From: Acidobacteriota bacterium
Lineage (GTDB): Bacteria > Acidobacteriota > UBA6911 > RPQK01 > JAJDTT01
Assembly: GCA_965217775.1 (NCBI GenBank)
Contig: CBDCJH010000002.1
Span: 704,001-768,000, forward strand
Length of the DNA: 64,000 bases
Reading direction: 5' to 3'
Shown: positions 9,946 through 22,500 of the stretch, piece by piece
Layout of the letters: each line of letters opens with the position of its first letter
Position numbering within the stretch: the first letter of the stretch is position 1
Made by a program: the position numbers and the translations under genes
Notes under the pieces: generated by a model
Told to the model about the DNA's origin: nothing
The model's database searches: none
Seen by the model: the letters and a program-made list of their open reading frames with translations, nothing else

Positions 9946-10007
9946 CGCCGCCGCTTTAAGTCCGGCCGGCAAACGTGCTAGAGTTCCCTTTCCTGACTCT
10001 TCAGCGT

Positions 10008-10083
10008 GGGGCTGTAGCTCAGTTGGAAGAGTACCTGAATGGCATTCAGGGGGTCGTGGGTTCGAATCCCATCAGCTCCACCA
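10008..10083 (+). tRNA. tRNA-Ala(GGC)
   Basis: 76 nt; acceptor stem GGGGCTG/CAGCTCC with the G3:U70 Ala identity pair; anticodon arm CCTGA-AT-GGC-AT-TCAGG; GTTCGAATC T-loop; encoded CCA. Confidence 0.98.
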
Positions 10084-10501
10084 ATCCCATCCTGATTCCT
10101 TCCGGATATTTCGGCCGTATCCTCTGAAAAATACCGATTTAGGTCCCCCCGCCTGACACCGGGCGATTCACCGGCCATGTCGCCCTTGGGTGGGATAATG
10201 AGTGCCCGCCGTAAGGTGGAATTCGTCGGATTCAGTGAAGTAGACGGAGGGTGGATCCTGACGGTTTTTTGCTCTTTGATGACGTTGGGACGCGAACCGG
10301 TCACCGTTACGTCCGCGCCGAAACCTCCGTTCACCTTTCAAGCCTACTCTCTCGAATAGTCATTCAAAAATGTCGACCGGCGACCAACCAGCGCAAGAGT
10401 TTTCTATCCGCCTTTTCCTCTCGCACTCCGCTCTCGTCGCAGCTCGTTTCCCGGATGTTTTTTGAGATGGTCCGTGGAGGCATGTCCCCAACGGCCGGAA
10501 G

Positions 10502-13500
10502 ATGAAAAAACGGGACTACCCATTAGGCATCGCGTCAACCTCGGGCGCCCGATGGCGTGGACTGCTCGGGGCTTTCGCGGTTATCTCCCTGCTGGTTGAG
10601 CCGATTCAGACCCAGCAACCACAAGCGGTGGCTGGCGGCGCCTTTGCGAGGAAGGCGGGGCCGGAGGACCCGGCCTTATGGCAGGAGTTCCGGTCCGCTG
10701 CCCGGGTGAGTGTGCGGGACGTTCGGAGGATTCCGGGAGGCGGCCCGTCCCGAGGCAGCGTCCTCCGGCAAACGGCTGCGATGCGCCGGACTCACGGTGT
10801 CGACGGCACCGGGATTGGGATCGGCGTGATCTCCAGTGGCGTAGCGCCGCTGGAGACCGGTGACGCACCCGACGACCTTCTGGACCGGGTGACGGTGCTG
10901 CCAGGGCAAGCAGGAGAGGGCGACGCCGGGATGGCGGCTCTCGGGACCCTCCGTGATCTGGCTCCGGGCGCCGAACTCTACTTCGCGACCGGGTTGGGTG
11001 GGCCGGCGCGGTTCGCGGCCAACGTCGAGGCGCTCTGCCGGGCCGGCGCGGACATCATCGTCGACGAGGTCTTCGACTTCCAGGAGACCATCCACCAAGG
11101 CGGCGTCAAGGCACAGGGGATCGCCCGAGCGGTGCGAGACGGCTGCGTTTATGTCTCTGCTGCAGGGGACCGGCCGGGTGCCGATTCGCGATCCGCCGCC
11201 CGGACGTGCGTGACCGCGACGACTCCGGATTTTTCGACCCTTTGCGGCAGTGCGGCCACACCGGTCCAAGCGTCGGCGCTGGCGGCTCTGATCCTGGAGG
11301 CTGCCGGCGGCCGCCACAGCGTCACGGCAGGAGAACTCCGCGCGGCAGTCTCGGGCGCGGCCCTTCGGATCGCGTCTCCGACCGCCGCGATTGAGGGCAC
11401 GAAACGACCAACGGTGAGCAAGATCGAGATGAGTTCGATTCCTCCGGACGACCGGGAGGTTTACGGCGTCGGCGACTCGATCGAAATCACGGTGACCTTC
11501 AGCGAGATCGTGAACGTGATCGGGACACCCCTTCTGGGGCTGGACGTGGGGAACGTCACCCGGCACGCGGTCTACACCGGTGGCACGGGAACGGCAGCAC
11601 TGACTTTCTCCTACTCCGTAGCCGAGGGCGACGAAGACACCGACGGAGTGAGTCTGGAGGCCGACAGCCTGTCCCTGGGTAACGGAGTGATCGAGGACGG
11701 TTCGGAAAATCCCGCGGTGTTGGGCCACGCGGGATCGGAGGATCAGGCCGGCCAGAGGGTGGACGGCATCAGGCCGTCGCTCGTGACCGGCGATGAGGCT
11801 ACCGTGACCGGGGCCAGACTGACGCTGAAGTATGACGAGCCGCTCGACCGGTCATCGGCGCCTCCGGCCGGGGATTTTAGAGTGACCGTCGGGGGCGAGG
11901 GACGGGAGGTCACCGCAGTCGCCGTGGCCGGGAGCACAGTGGCGCTGAAGCTGGCCTCGCCGGTGGGTCGGGGCGAGCCGGTGACGGTGAGCTACGCCGC
12001 GCCCGCGCCAGGAACGGCGGAGCCGATCCGGGACCCGGCCGGCAACGAATCCACGGCCTTCAGCAACCAGTCAGTGGCAAACCGGACCGGTGAGGCAACG
12101 GATCAGGCCGGGCGGAAACTGTCAGCGAAGACCGCAAAGCAGATACAGGCCATCCTGGCCGCGAAGGCGCAGCGGACCCCCGCCCAGAAAAAGGTGAGTT
12201 CGGAGCTTCTGGACGCGCGGCGGATGGCCGGCGGGGTCATTGTCTCGGACAAGGCCGGCAAACGGGCGGCTCCGGGCACAGACCCCTTGAAGGAGCCGGT
12301 GACGGTGGACATCCGGGCGGACGTGACGCCTGAGGTCCTGGACCGCATCCGGAGCCTGGGGGGCACCGTGATCGACAGCGTGCCGCGGTACCGGTCCATT
12401 CGGGCCCGGCTTCCCTTGGGCGCCGTAGAGACATTGGCGGAGCTCGACGCGGTTCAATCGATCCGCACCGCCGACAAAGCGATGACACGCGGCCCAGTGA
12501 AACGCCTCCCATCGGCCCTCCGGGCGGTCGCCGGAGATCGACCCGTGACCCGCAAGGTCAACACGACCCAAGGCGACGTCGCCCACCAGGCGAAATTGGC
12601 GCGCGACACCCACAAGGTAGACGGCACCGGCATCGGGATTGGAGTCCTCTCGGATGGGGTCGGCTCTCTGGGGGCGCGGCAGGCTTCGGGCGACCTGCCG
12701 GACCGGGTGACGGTGTTGCCGGGAGAAGCGGGTGAGGGGTACGAAGGGACGGCGATGCTGGAGATCGTCCATGACCTGGCCCCGGGTGCGGAACTTTACT
12801 TCGCCACGGCGCTCGGTGGGCAAGCCCGGTTTGCAGCCAACATCGAGGCGCTCTGCGAGGCTGGAGCGGACGTCATCGTCGACGATGTCGGCTATCTTTT
12901 CGAAGGCGCGTTTCAGGACGACATCGTTGCAAAAGGGGTGAACGTAGCGGTCGCCGACGGCTGCTATTTCTTCTCGGCCGGCGGCAACAACGGCAATCTG
13001 AACGACGGCACCGCAGGGGTCTGGGAGGGCGACTACGCTGCGGGGAGTTCCATCACTCTGGACGGAACTACGTTTGTGGCGCACAACTTCGGCGAAGGCG
13101 TCATCCAGAACGAGATCACGCAGGAAAGCGATTTCGGGACCTACATTCTCCAGTGGGCCGATCCGCTGGAGGCCTCGGGTAACGATTACGACCTCTTCCT
13201 GATCGACGAGCACGGCAACGTCCTGGACAAGTCGACCTCCACCCAAGACGGCACACAGGATCCGTTCGAAACCGTCTATTCGGATGAAGCGGATCATGCC
13301 GGTGCGCGGCTCGTCATCGTCAAGACCTCCGGTTCGAATCGGTACCTCCGTCTGGACACCCTGGGAGGCCAATTGGCCGTCGCGACCGCCGGCAACCTTT
13401 ACGGCCACTCGGCAGCGGAGAACGCGATCGCGGTTGCTGCAGTCGGCGTCCACACCGCTGGTGGGACCGGCGGCGTCTTTGACGGAACCGAGTCGGTCCG

Positions 13501-16500
13501 AACCTCCAACTCCGACGGGCCGCGCCGGATCTTCTTCGAGCCGGACGGCACCCCCGTCACGGCGGGAAATTTCTCCTCCACAGGGGGGGATCTGCTGCAG
13601 AAACCGGATCTCGCTGCGGCGACCTGCGTCCGCACGGCGACGCCCGGTTTCTCGATTTTCTGCGGGGTGTCTTCCGCGGCGCCGCACGCGGCGGCAATCG
13701 GCGCCTTGATGCTGGAAGCGGCCGGCGGGCCCGGCAACCTCACGCAGTCGGAGCTGGTCACCGGCATGACCGGGGCGTCCCTCGATATCGAGGCCACCGG
13801 AGTCGACCGTGACTCCGGCGCCGGCATCGTCATGGCGCCGGGCGCCGTGGATGCCGTCGACGTCGCGGCGGCGGACCGCAACGGGGCGCCGACTGAGATG
13901 GGCACTCTGCCCGACCGGACCTTCGGTCCGGGCGACGCCGCCGTGACCATCGATCTCTCAACCAAGTTCACCGATCCGGACAGCGACCCGCTGACCTACG
14001 AGGCACTGTCCAGCGACGACCGGGTGGAGGTCGTTGTCACGGATTCCGATCTGACCGTGACGCCACGGCTGCCCTCGGCGGCCACGGTCTTGGTGCGTGC
14101 CGTCGATCCGGACGGCCTGGGCGCGGTTCGAGACTTCTCCGTCTCCGTCGCGTTGGGGAACCGGGACTACGACGGCGACGACGACAACCTCATCGATGTT
14201 TCCAATCTGGCGCAGCTCGACGCCATACGTTACGACCGGAACGGCGATGGGGTCGTGGACGGAATGAACTGGCAGCCCTATTACGACGCCTTCGAAGAAG
14301 CTGCGGAAAGCATGGGATGCCCCGACCGGTGCATCGGATACGAGCTGAGGAGCGATCTGGACTTCGACACCGACGGGGATGGCGGCGTCGACTCAGACGA
14401 TACCTATTGGAACGGCGGCGACGGTTGGGAACCCATCGGGGACTCGAGCGATCCGTACACGGCGATATTCGAAGGCAACAGTCAGTCCATCGCCAACCTG
14501 TTCATCGACCGGGCCTCGGATGACGGGGTCGGTCTGTTCGGCTATGTCGACCGGGGACTGTTCGGTTTGGCCGAGATACTGGACGTCGATCTGGTCGCTG
14601 TCGACGTCGCCGGCGAAGATCTCGTCGGTGGTCTTGCCGGTGAGGTCAAGGCAGCACTGGTCGTTGGCAGCCGGGCTACCGGTCAGGTCTCCGGCGGAGA
14701 TGATGTCGGTGGCCTCGTGGGCTGGTCTGACAGTCTCATCGCGGACAGCTTCGCCGCCGTCCAGGTGTCGGGGACAGAAGCGGTCGGCGGATTGGTCGGC
14801 AATCAGTTCGACGGCTGGATCATCCGAAGCTATGCCAACGGGGACGTGTCCGGCGACTACGCTGTCGGCGGTCTGGTGGGGTCTTCCAACGATCCGATCC
14901 GGGCTTGTTACGCCACCGGGCGCGTTTCCGGCGAAGGGGTCCGCCGAACGGGCGTGGACAATTGTGAGTTCGGCGGCGTCGGTGGATTGGTTGGCAATGC
15001 CTGCAGCTTGATTCGAGCCAGCTACGCCACAGGAACCGTTTCCGGCAACGCGGTGGTCGGTGGACTGGCCGGCGCCGTCTCTTCCGAGGTCAGGTTTCGT
15101 TATAGCTACTGGGATCTCGAGACCTCGGGCCTGCGCGTCGGGGTGGGCGAGAACGACCTGAACAGCAACGGCCTGATCGACGGTTCGGAAACGCAGATGG
15201 TCGGCCTTGCAGGCCAAACCACTGCCAACCTGCAGGCGCCCACGGATTACGACGGCATCTATGAGAACTGGAACCTGGACGTGGATCTGGACGGGAAGCC
15301 GGACACTCCCTGGGATTTCGGGACCTCCAGCCAATATCCGGTATTGGCCACCGACCTGAACCGGAACGGGAGATCCACGTGGCAGGAATTCGGCTACCAG
15401 GTTCGGCCGGGCTTGACCCTGACAGCGGCGACGACCGATGGCCAAGCCCAAGTGGACCTGAGCTGGTCTGCGGTTTCGACGAGTCCCTGGAGTCCCGCGC
15501 CGGACGTCAGCTACGACCTCATCCGCGACGACGGAACCATGGAAGAGACTCTCGCGGAGGGCACTACGGCGCGCCAGCATACCGATACCGACGTGACCAC
15601 CGGCAATACCTACACCTACCGGGTGACGGCCCTGCTCGACAGCGGTGAAGTGGCCCGCAGCCGGCCGGTATCGGTGATCGTGGGTGAGGCCAGCCAGTCG
15701 CCCGTGGCGGTAGGGGCCTTGGAAGATCTGACCCTGCGAGTAGGTGAGGGTACGAAAGATGTGGACATCTCCGGGGCGTTCATGGACCCCGAAAGCGACA
15801 CGCTGACTTATGGGGCGTCCTCCTCGGCGACGGGCGTGGCCACGGTCACCCGCTCGGCGGCCCGGCTGACCATCACACCAGTGGCCTCGGGCCGGACGAC
15901 GATCACTGCAACGGCGACCGACACGAGCGGCTCCAATACGGCCGCCACGCAGCGCTTCACCGTAGAGGTCTGGTCGGCCACCGAGGTCGACTACGACAGC
16001 GACGAGGACGGGCTCATCGAGATCGCGACACTGGCGCAGTTGGATGCCGTCCGCCACGATCTGGACGGCGACGGAACTCCAGTGGCCAATGGGAAAACCT
16101 CTTACGATGCGGCGTTCGCGGATGCCGTGGAACGGATGGGATGCAGCCGGCTCGGCGGGTGCGTGGGCTACGAACTGGCATCGGACCTGGATTTCGACAC
16201 CGACGGGGATGGAGATGTCGACTCAGGCGATGACTACTGGAACGGCGGCGACGGCTGGATTCCCATCGGTGGGGACGGCTCCATCTTTACTTCCGCGGCG
16301 TTTGCGGCGGCGAATCCGTTCCTGGCGATCTTCGACGGCAATGGGCATACCGTGAGCAACCTGTTTATCGACACCGATAATCCGATTCTAGTGGGTCTGT
16401 TCGGCTATTCCTTTATCGGCATCGGGAACCTCGGATTGATCGATGTCGATGTGACAGGAGCCGAGCTCACCGGCGGGTTGGTCGGTTTCAACCGCGGATT

Positions 16501-19500
16501 AATTCTCGGGTGCTACGTTGCGGGACGTGTTTCCGCGGCCGACAACGTGGGCGGTCTGGCCGGGATGAACTTTTCCGATGGGGCGATTCGCGGCAGCTAT
16601 TCCACAGCCTACGTGTCGGGAGACGACGACGTGGGCGGGCTGGTGGGGGACAACCGCAACGAGATCTCCGCCAGCTATGCCACCGGCCGGGTGTCCGGGA
16701 ATACCGATGCGGGTGGGCTGGTAGGGAACAACAAGTCCGCCGGCGAAATCACGGCCAGCTACGCCACGGGTCCTGCGTCGGGTGACGCCAATGTCGGCGG
16801 CCTGGTCGGTTCCGACGAGGGCGGAACGATCACCAACAGCTATTGGGATACGCGAACCTCGGGCCTCCGTTCCGGGTCCGCCGGTACAGGCAGGACGACA
16901 GCGCAGTTGCAGTCGCCCACAAGTTACGGCGGCATCTTCCGAAACTGGAACCTGGATTTGTACGGAGACGACGACAAGGATGATCTCTGGGACTTCGGCA
17001 CGTCCAGCCAGTACCCGGTCCTTTCCATTGACGTGGACGGAAACGACGACACGACGTGGGAGGAGTTCGGCTACCAGCTTCGTAAGGGACCGGTCGTGAC
17101 GGCGACGTCCACGACACGGTCCCCCGACCCGGCCCAAGTGGTGGTGACCTGGACCGAAGTGGCTGTAAACAGCGAGTGGATGCCGGCGCCGACTGTGAGC
17201 TACACCGTGACCCGCGTCGACGGCGACACCGTCGAGACCCTGGCGGAGGACCTCTCCGTGCGGACGTACACCGACTCCGACGTGACGGCCGATGAAGACT
17301 ACACGTACCAGGTCGCGGCGGTCGTCTTCGGCGGAGAAGCAACGCGTAGCGCAAGAGTCACGGTGAAGGCGCGAGGCAACGGGGCGCCGATGCCGGTGGG
17401 GTACCTGCCGGACCGGACGTTGCGCGTGGGCGACTCGGCCATGACGGAATTTTCGGGGGCGTTCCAGGACCCGGAGGGAGACGCGATCATCTACGGGATC
17501 TCGTCGTCGGATACGAGTGTTGTCCTGGTCACCCGTTCGGGGACGCGTTTGACGATGACTCCCGTCGGCGAAGGGGATGCCGTCATCACGGTGACGGCCA
17601 CCGACGACGGGTCCAACCGGAGTTCGACCCAGGAGTTCAAGGTGGTGGTGCTCTCGACATCCACGACCGACTACGACACCGACGACGACGGACTCATCGA
17701 GATCAGCAATCTGGAGCAGCTCGATGCGGTCCGTCACGATCTGGACGGGGACGGTCTTCCGAGCAGCGGATATGCCACGTATATCGCGGCGTTCTCCGGC
17801 GCCGGCGATGAATTGGCCTGCGGCGGCCTCTTCGGGTGCGTGGGGTACGAACTCCGCGCCGATCCGGACTTCGACACCGACAACAGCGGCGCCGTCGACA
17901 GGGGCGACAACTACTGGAACAGCGGAGCCGGGTGGGTGCCCATCGGTGACTCATCCAGCAGCTTCGCGGCCATCTTCGAAGGGAACGCGCGGACCATCAC
18001 CAATCTGTTTATCGATGGTAGTGGAAACGACGTCGGATTGTTCGGTGAGACCACGTCGTCCGCAGTCATCCGGAACCTGGAGATGGTCGCGGTCCAAGTG
18101 ACGGGAACGGACCAGGTCGGCGGTCTGGTGGGTTCCAACAATGGCGCCGTCAGCGGGTGTTTTGCCACGGGTAAGGTGTCCGGCGACGACGATGTCGGGG
18201 GCCTCATCGGAGCCAACCTGAGTGACGGGGCCGTGACCGTCAGTTACTCCACCGTCCACGTGACGGGGGACGACCGCGTCGGCGGGCTGATCGGGTCCAA
18301 CAGCGGAGTCGTGACCGCCGCCTACGCGACGGGCCGAGTCGTGGGGGATTTCGAGGCCGGAGGATTGATCGGCCGGAACACCGGTGACGTCAACATCAGC
18401 TATGCCACCGGTCTCGTATCGGGCCGCAGCACCATCGGTGGCCTGGTTGGCCGCAACAGCGGGGGCGGCAGGATCACCGACAGCTATTGGGACAGCGACA
18501 CCTCGGGGCGCACCACGGGATCCTACGGCCAACCCCAGAACACGTCAGCGTTGCAGATGCCCACGGACACCAGCGGCATCTATCAAAACTGGAACGTGGA
18601 CCTGAACGGCGACAGCATGAACGACGACCCCTGGGTCTTCGGAACCTCCAGCCAGTACCCGGTCCTGTCGGTGGACACGAATGGGGTCGGCGGGGCGACG
18701 TGGCAGGAGTTCGGCGAACAGATTCGAAACAGCCCGGCCCTGATGGCGACCCCCGCGCTGGGCCAGGTGACGCTGACCTGGTCCGCCGTTTCGAATGTAA
18801 CCTACAACCTCTACCGCACCTCCGGAAGCACCGTCGAGATCATCTCCGAGAACACTTCAAGCCGCGCATACGTCGACACCGACGTGACCGCCGGCGCCAC
18901 CTATGTCTATCAGGTGGCGGCCGTGATCAATAGCGGCGAAGCGAGCCGAAGCATGCGGGTTTCGGTGGTCGTGCCGATCCCGGATGTGACGGATCCGACG
19001 GTCAGCAAGGTGGAGATCACGTCGGACCCGGGATCGGATTCAACCTACGCGCTCCGGGATGTGATCGAGGTGACGGTGACCTTCAGCGAGGACGTCTTCG
19101 TGACGGGGTCGCCGGAGTTGACCCTGAGGGTGGGGGACGAGGATCGAACGGCGGACTACCAGAGCGTTACCGACGAGGAGATGTTGTTCCGCTACCGGGT
19201 GGACACCGGCGACGTGGACACCAACGGCGTCAGCATCGCGGCGAATAGCCTGTCGGTCAATGGAGGGACCATCGAGGACGGATCGGACAACGAAGCCGAT
19301 CCGGATCATCGCGCATTGGGGAACAATTCGCGGCACAAGGTGGACGGGATCAGGCCGGAGTTGGCGCCGACGCGCGGGGCCGTGGTGAATGGGACGACGT
19401 TGACGCTGACCTATACCGAGCCTCCGGACTCGACATCGATGCCGCCGTCCAGCGCGTTCTTCGTCTCGGGGGGCGCTTCGTCGCGCACCGTTTCTGGTGT

Positions 19501-22500
19501 CGCGTTTAGGGGCAGTGCGGTGGATATGACTCTCTCCTCCGCGGTGGCGCATTGGGAGACGGGGATCCGTGTGAGCTACACGGTCCCGACCGGGATGGGG
19601 GCGATGCCGATTCAGGACCGGGCCGGCAACGACGCGGACGGACTGAGCAGCGTGCCGGTGATAAACGAGACGCCGGACCGTATCCCTCCCACGGTCACTT
19701 CCATCGAGATCACCTCGGATCCGCCGGACGGCCGGGATGTCTACGGCATCGGCGAGGAGATCGAGGTGACGGTGACGTTCAGCGAGACGGTCACGGTGTC
19801 CGGGAACCCGGGAGTGACGCTGAAGGTGGGGGCACGGGATCGATCGGCGACCTACGAGAGCGTCACGGGGGCGGTGGTCGTGTTTGCCTACACGGTGGCC
19901 GTCAACGACAGCGACACGGACGGGGTGAGCATCGAGGCGGGCAGCCTGTCGGGCGGGACGATTCGGGACATCGCCAGGAACAATGCGGTCCGGACCCACT
20001 CGGCGGTAGCGGCCGATACGGGACAGCAGGTGGACGGCATCAAACCCGTACTGGCGACGACCGACGGGGCGGTGGCGAACGGAACGATGCTGACGCTGGC
20101 CTACAGCGAGCCGCTGAATTCGTCGTCGGAGCCGGACAACGACGCCTTCTCCGTGACGGGAGGGAACGAGACGCGAACGGTCACCAACGTCCAGGTAAGC
20201 GGGAGTGCAGTGGAGCTGACCGTGGATCCGGCGGTGGAGCATGGAGAGACGGGGCTGCGGGTGAGCTACACGATCCCGACGGGAACGGGAGCGAACCCGA
20301 TCCAGGACCAGGCGGGCAACGACGCGGACCGGTTGAGCAACCGGAGCGTCACCAACGTCACGGGAGACACGACGGGACCGGCGGTGCAGACGATGAGGAT
20401 CACCTCAAGTGCGGTTTCGGATTCAACTTACGCCAGAGACGATTCCATCGAGGTGACCGTGACGTTCAACGAGACGGTGGTGGTGACGGGTACACCGCGG
20501 TTGACGCTGAACGTAGGCGGACGGAATCGAACGGCGGAGTACCTGAGTGTCTCGGGCTCGGCCGTGAAGTTCGAGTACAAGGTCGTCTCGGGCGATCGGG
20601 ACCGGGACGGGGTGAGTATCGACGCGGACAGCCTGTCGCGGGGCGGGGGGACGATCCGCGACGGAGCGCGGAATGACGCGACCCTGACTCACGCGGGGGT
20701 GGCGGCCGATTCGCGGCACAAGGTGGACGGAGTGCGCCCGATGCTGGCCACGACGGACGGGGCGGTGGCGAACGGAACGACATTGACGCTGGCCTACAGC
20801 GAGCCGTTGAACTCGTCCTCGCGACCGGCGGCGAGCGCCTTCACCGTGACGGGGGGCAGTGAGACGCGAACGGTGACGCGGGTGTCGGTGAGCGGGAACG
20901 CCGTTTTCCTGACGTTGAGCCCGGCGGTGCAAGACGGAGAGTTCGGCCTCGGTTTGAGCTACCAGCCGGGATCGAATCCGATCCGGGACGTGGTGGGCAA
21001 CGCGGCGGACGAGTTGAACAACGAACCGGTCACGAACCGGACGGGAGACACGGCGGGGCCGAAGGTCGAGACGGTGAGGATCACGTCGAACGCGGGGTCG
21101 GATCAGACCTATGCCATCGGCGAGACCATCGAAGCGACAGTGGCATTCGACGAGACGGTGTTGGTGACAGGCACGCCGCGCCTGACGTTGAACGTGGGAG
21201 GCCGGAGCCGGACGGCGAACTACCAGGACGTCACGGGGGCGGCCGTGAGGTTCGCATACCAGGTGGTCTCGGGCGACACGGCCGCGTATGGGGTGAGGAT
21301 CGATGCGAACCGCCTGTCGGGCGGGACGATCCGCGACGGCGCTCAGAACAACGCCGTGCTGAACCACGCTCCGGTGGCGGCCGATACCCAACACCAGGTG
21401 GACGGGGTCAAGCCGACGCTGGCGACCAGCGACGGAGCGGTGGCGAACGGAACCACGTTGACCCTGGTCTACGGCGAGCCATTGGATACCTCTCCGCTGC
21501 CGTCGACGGACGACTTCACCGTTACGGGAGGGAGCGAGACCCGGACGGTCACGTTGGTTCGGGTCGACGGGAGTGCCGTTTTCCTGACGCTGAGTTCGGC
21601 AGTAACGGACGGAGAGAGCAGCCTGCGAATGAACTACGAGCCGGGATCGAACCCGATCCAGGACACGGCCGGCAACGATACGGATCGGTTGAGCAACCGA
21701 AGCGTCGCGAACAAGACGGGAGACACGTCGGGCCCGACGGTGTCGACGGTGCGGATCACGTCAAGTGCGGGGTCGGACCGGACCTACGGGAAGGACGAGA
21801 CCATCGAAGTGACGGTGACGTTCAACGAGACGGTGGTGGTGACGGGGACGCCCGAAGTGACCCTGAACGTCGGCGGCCGGAACCGAACGGTGGAGTATCG
21901 GAGCGTCTCGAACCGGGCGGTGAAGTTCACCTACCGGGTGGTGACGGGCGACGAGGACGAGGGCGGCGTGAGCATCGAGGCGAACCGGTTGTCGCGAGCC
22001 GGTGGGACGATCCGGGACGGGGCGGGCAATGACGCCACCTTGGACCATACGGCCGTGGCGGCCAGTACGAGCCACCAGGTGGACGCGGTGGCTCCGGCCC
22101 TGGCCCTCACCGACCCGGCGGTGGTGAACGGGGCGACGCTGACGCTGACCTACCACGAACCGCTGAATACGTCCTCCCGGCCGGCCGCGAGCGACTTCAC
22201 CATCGCTGGGGGCAACGAGACGCGAACCGTGACCGCGGTCCGGATCGGCGGGAGCACGGTGCAGTTGACGCTGAGTCGCCGGGCGGAACACGCAGAGATG
22301 GGGATCCGGGTGAGCTACGAGCGGCGATCGAATCCGATCCGGGACCGGGTGGGCAACGACGCCGAGGGGTTCACAGATACGTTCGTAGACAACCAGACGC
22401 CGGACACGACGGCGCCGTCGATCGAAGGGATCGAGCTCAGTTCGGACCCGGGGACGGACGAGACGTACGCTATCGGAGACCTGATCTCGGTGACGGTGCG

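Noticed and set aside
10040-10083. attL/attR duplication of the tRNA-Ala 3' end
   Set aside because: No second copy found by eye and no integrase in the window.
10280-10330. c-di-GMP-I riboswitch upstream of the giant gene (GGGACGCGAACC)
   Set aside because: Only a short partial resemblance; the GCAAAC/GNRA P2 stem and P1 pairing could not be built.
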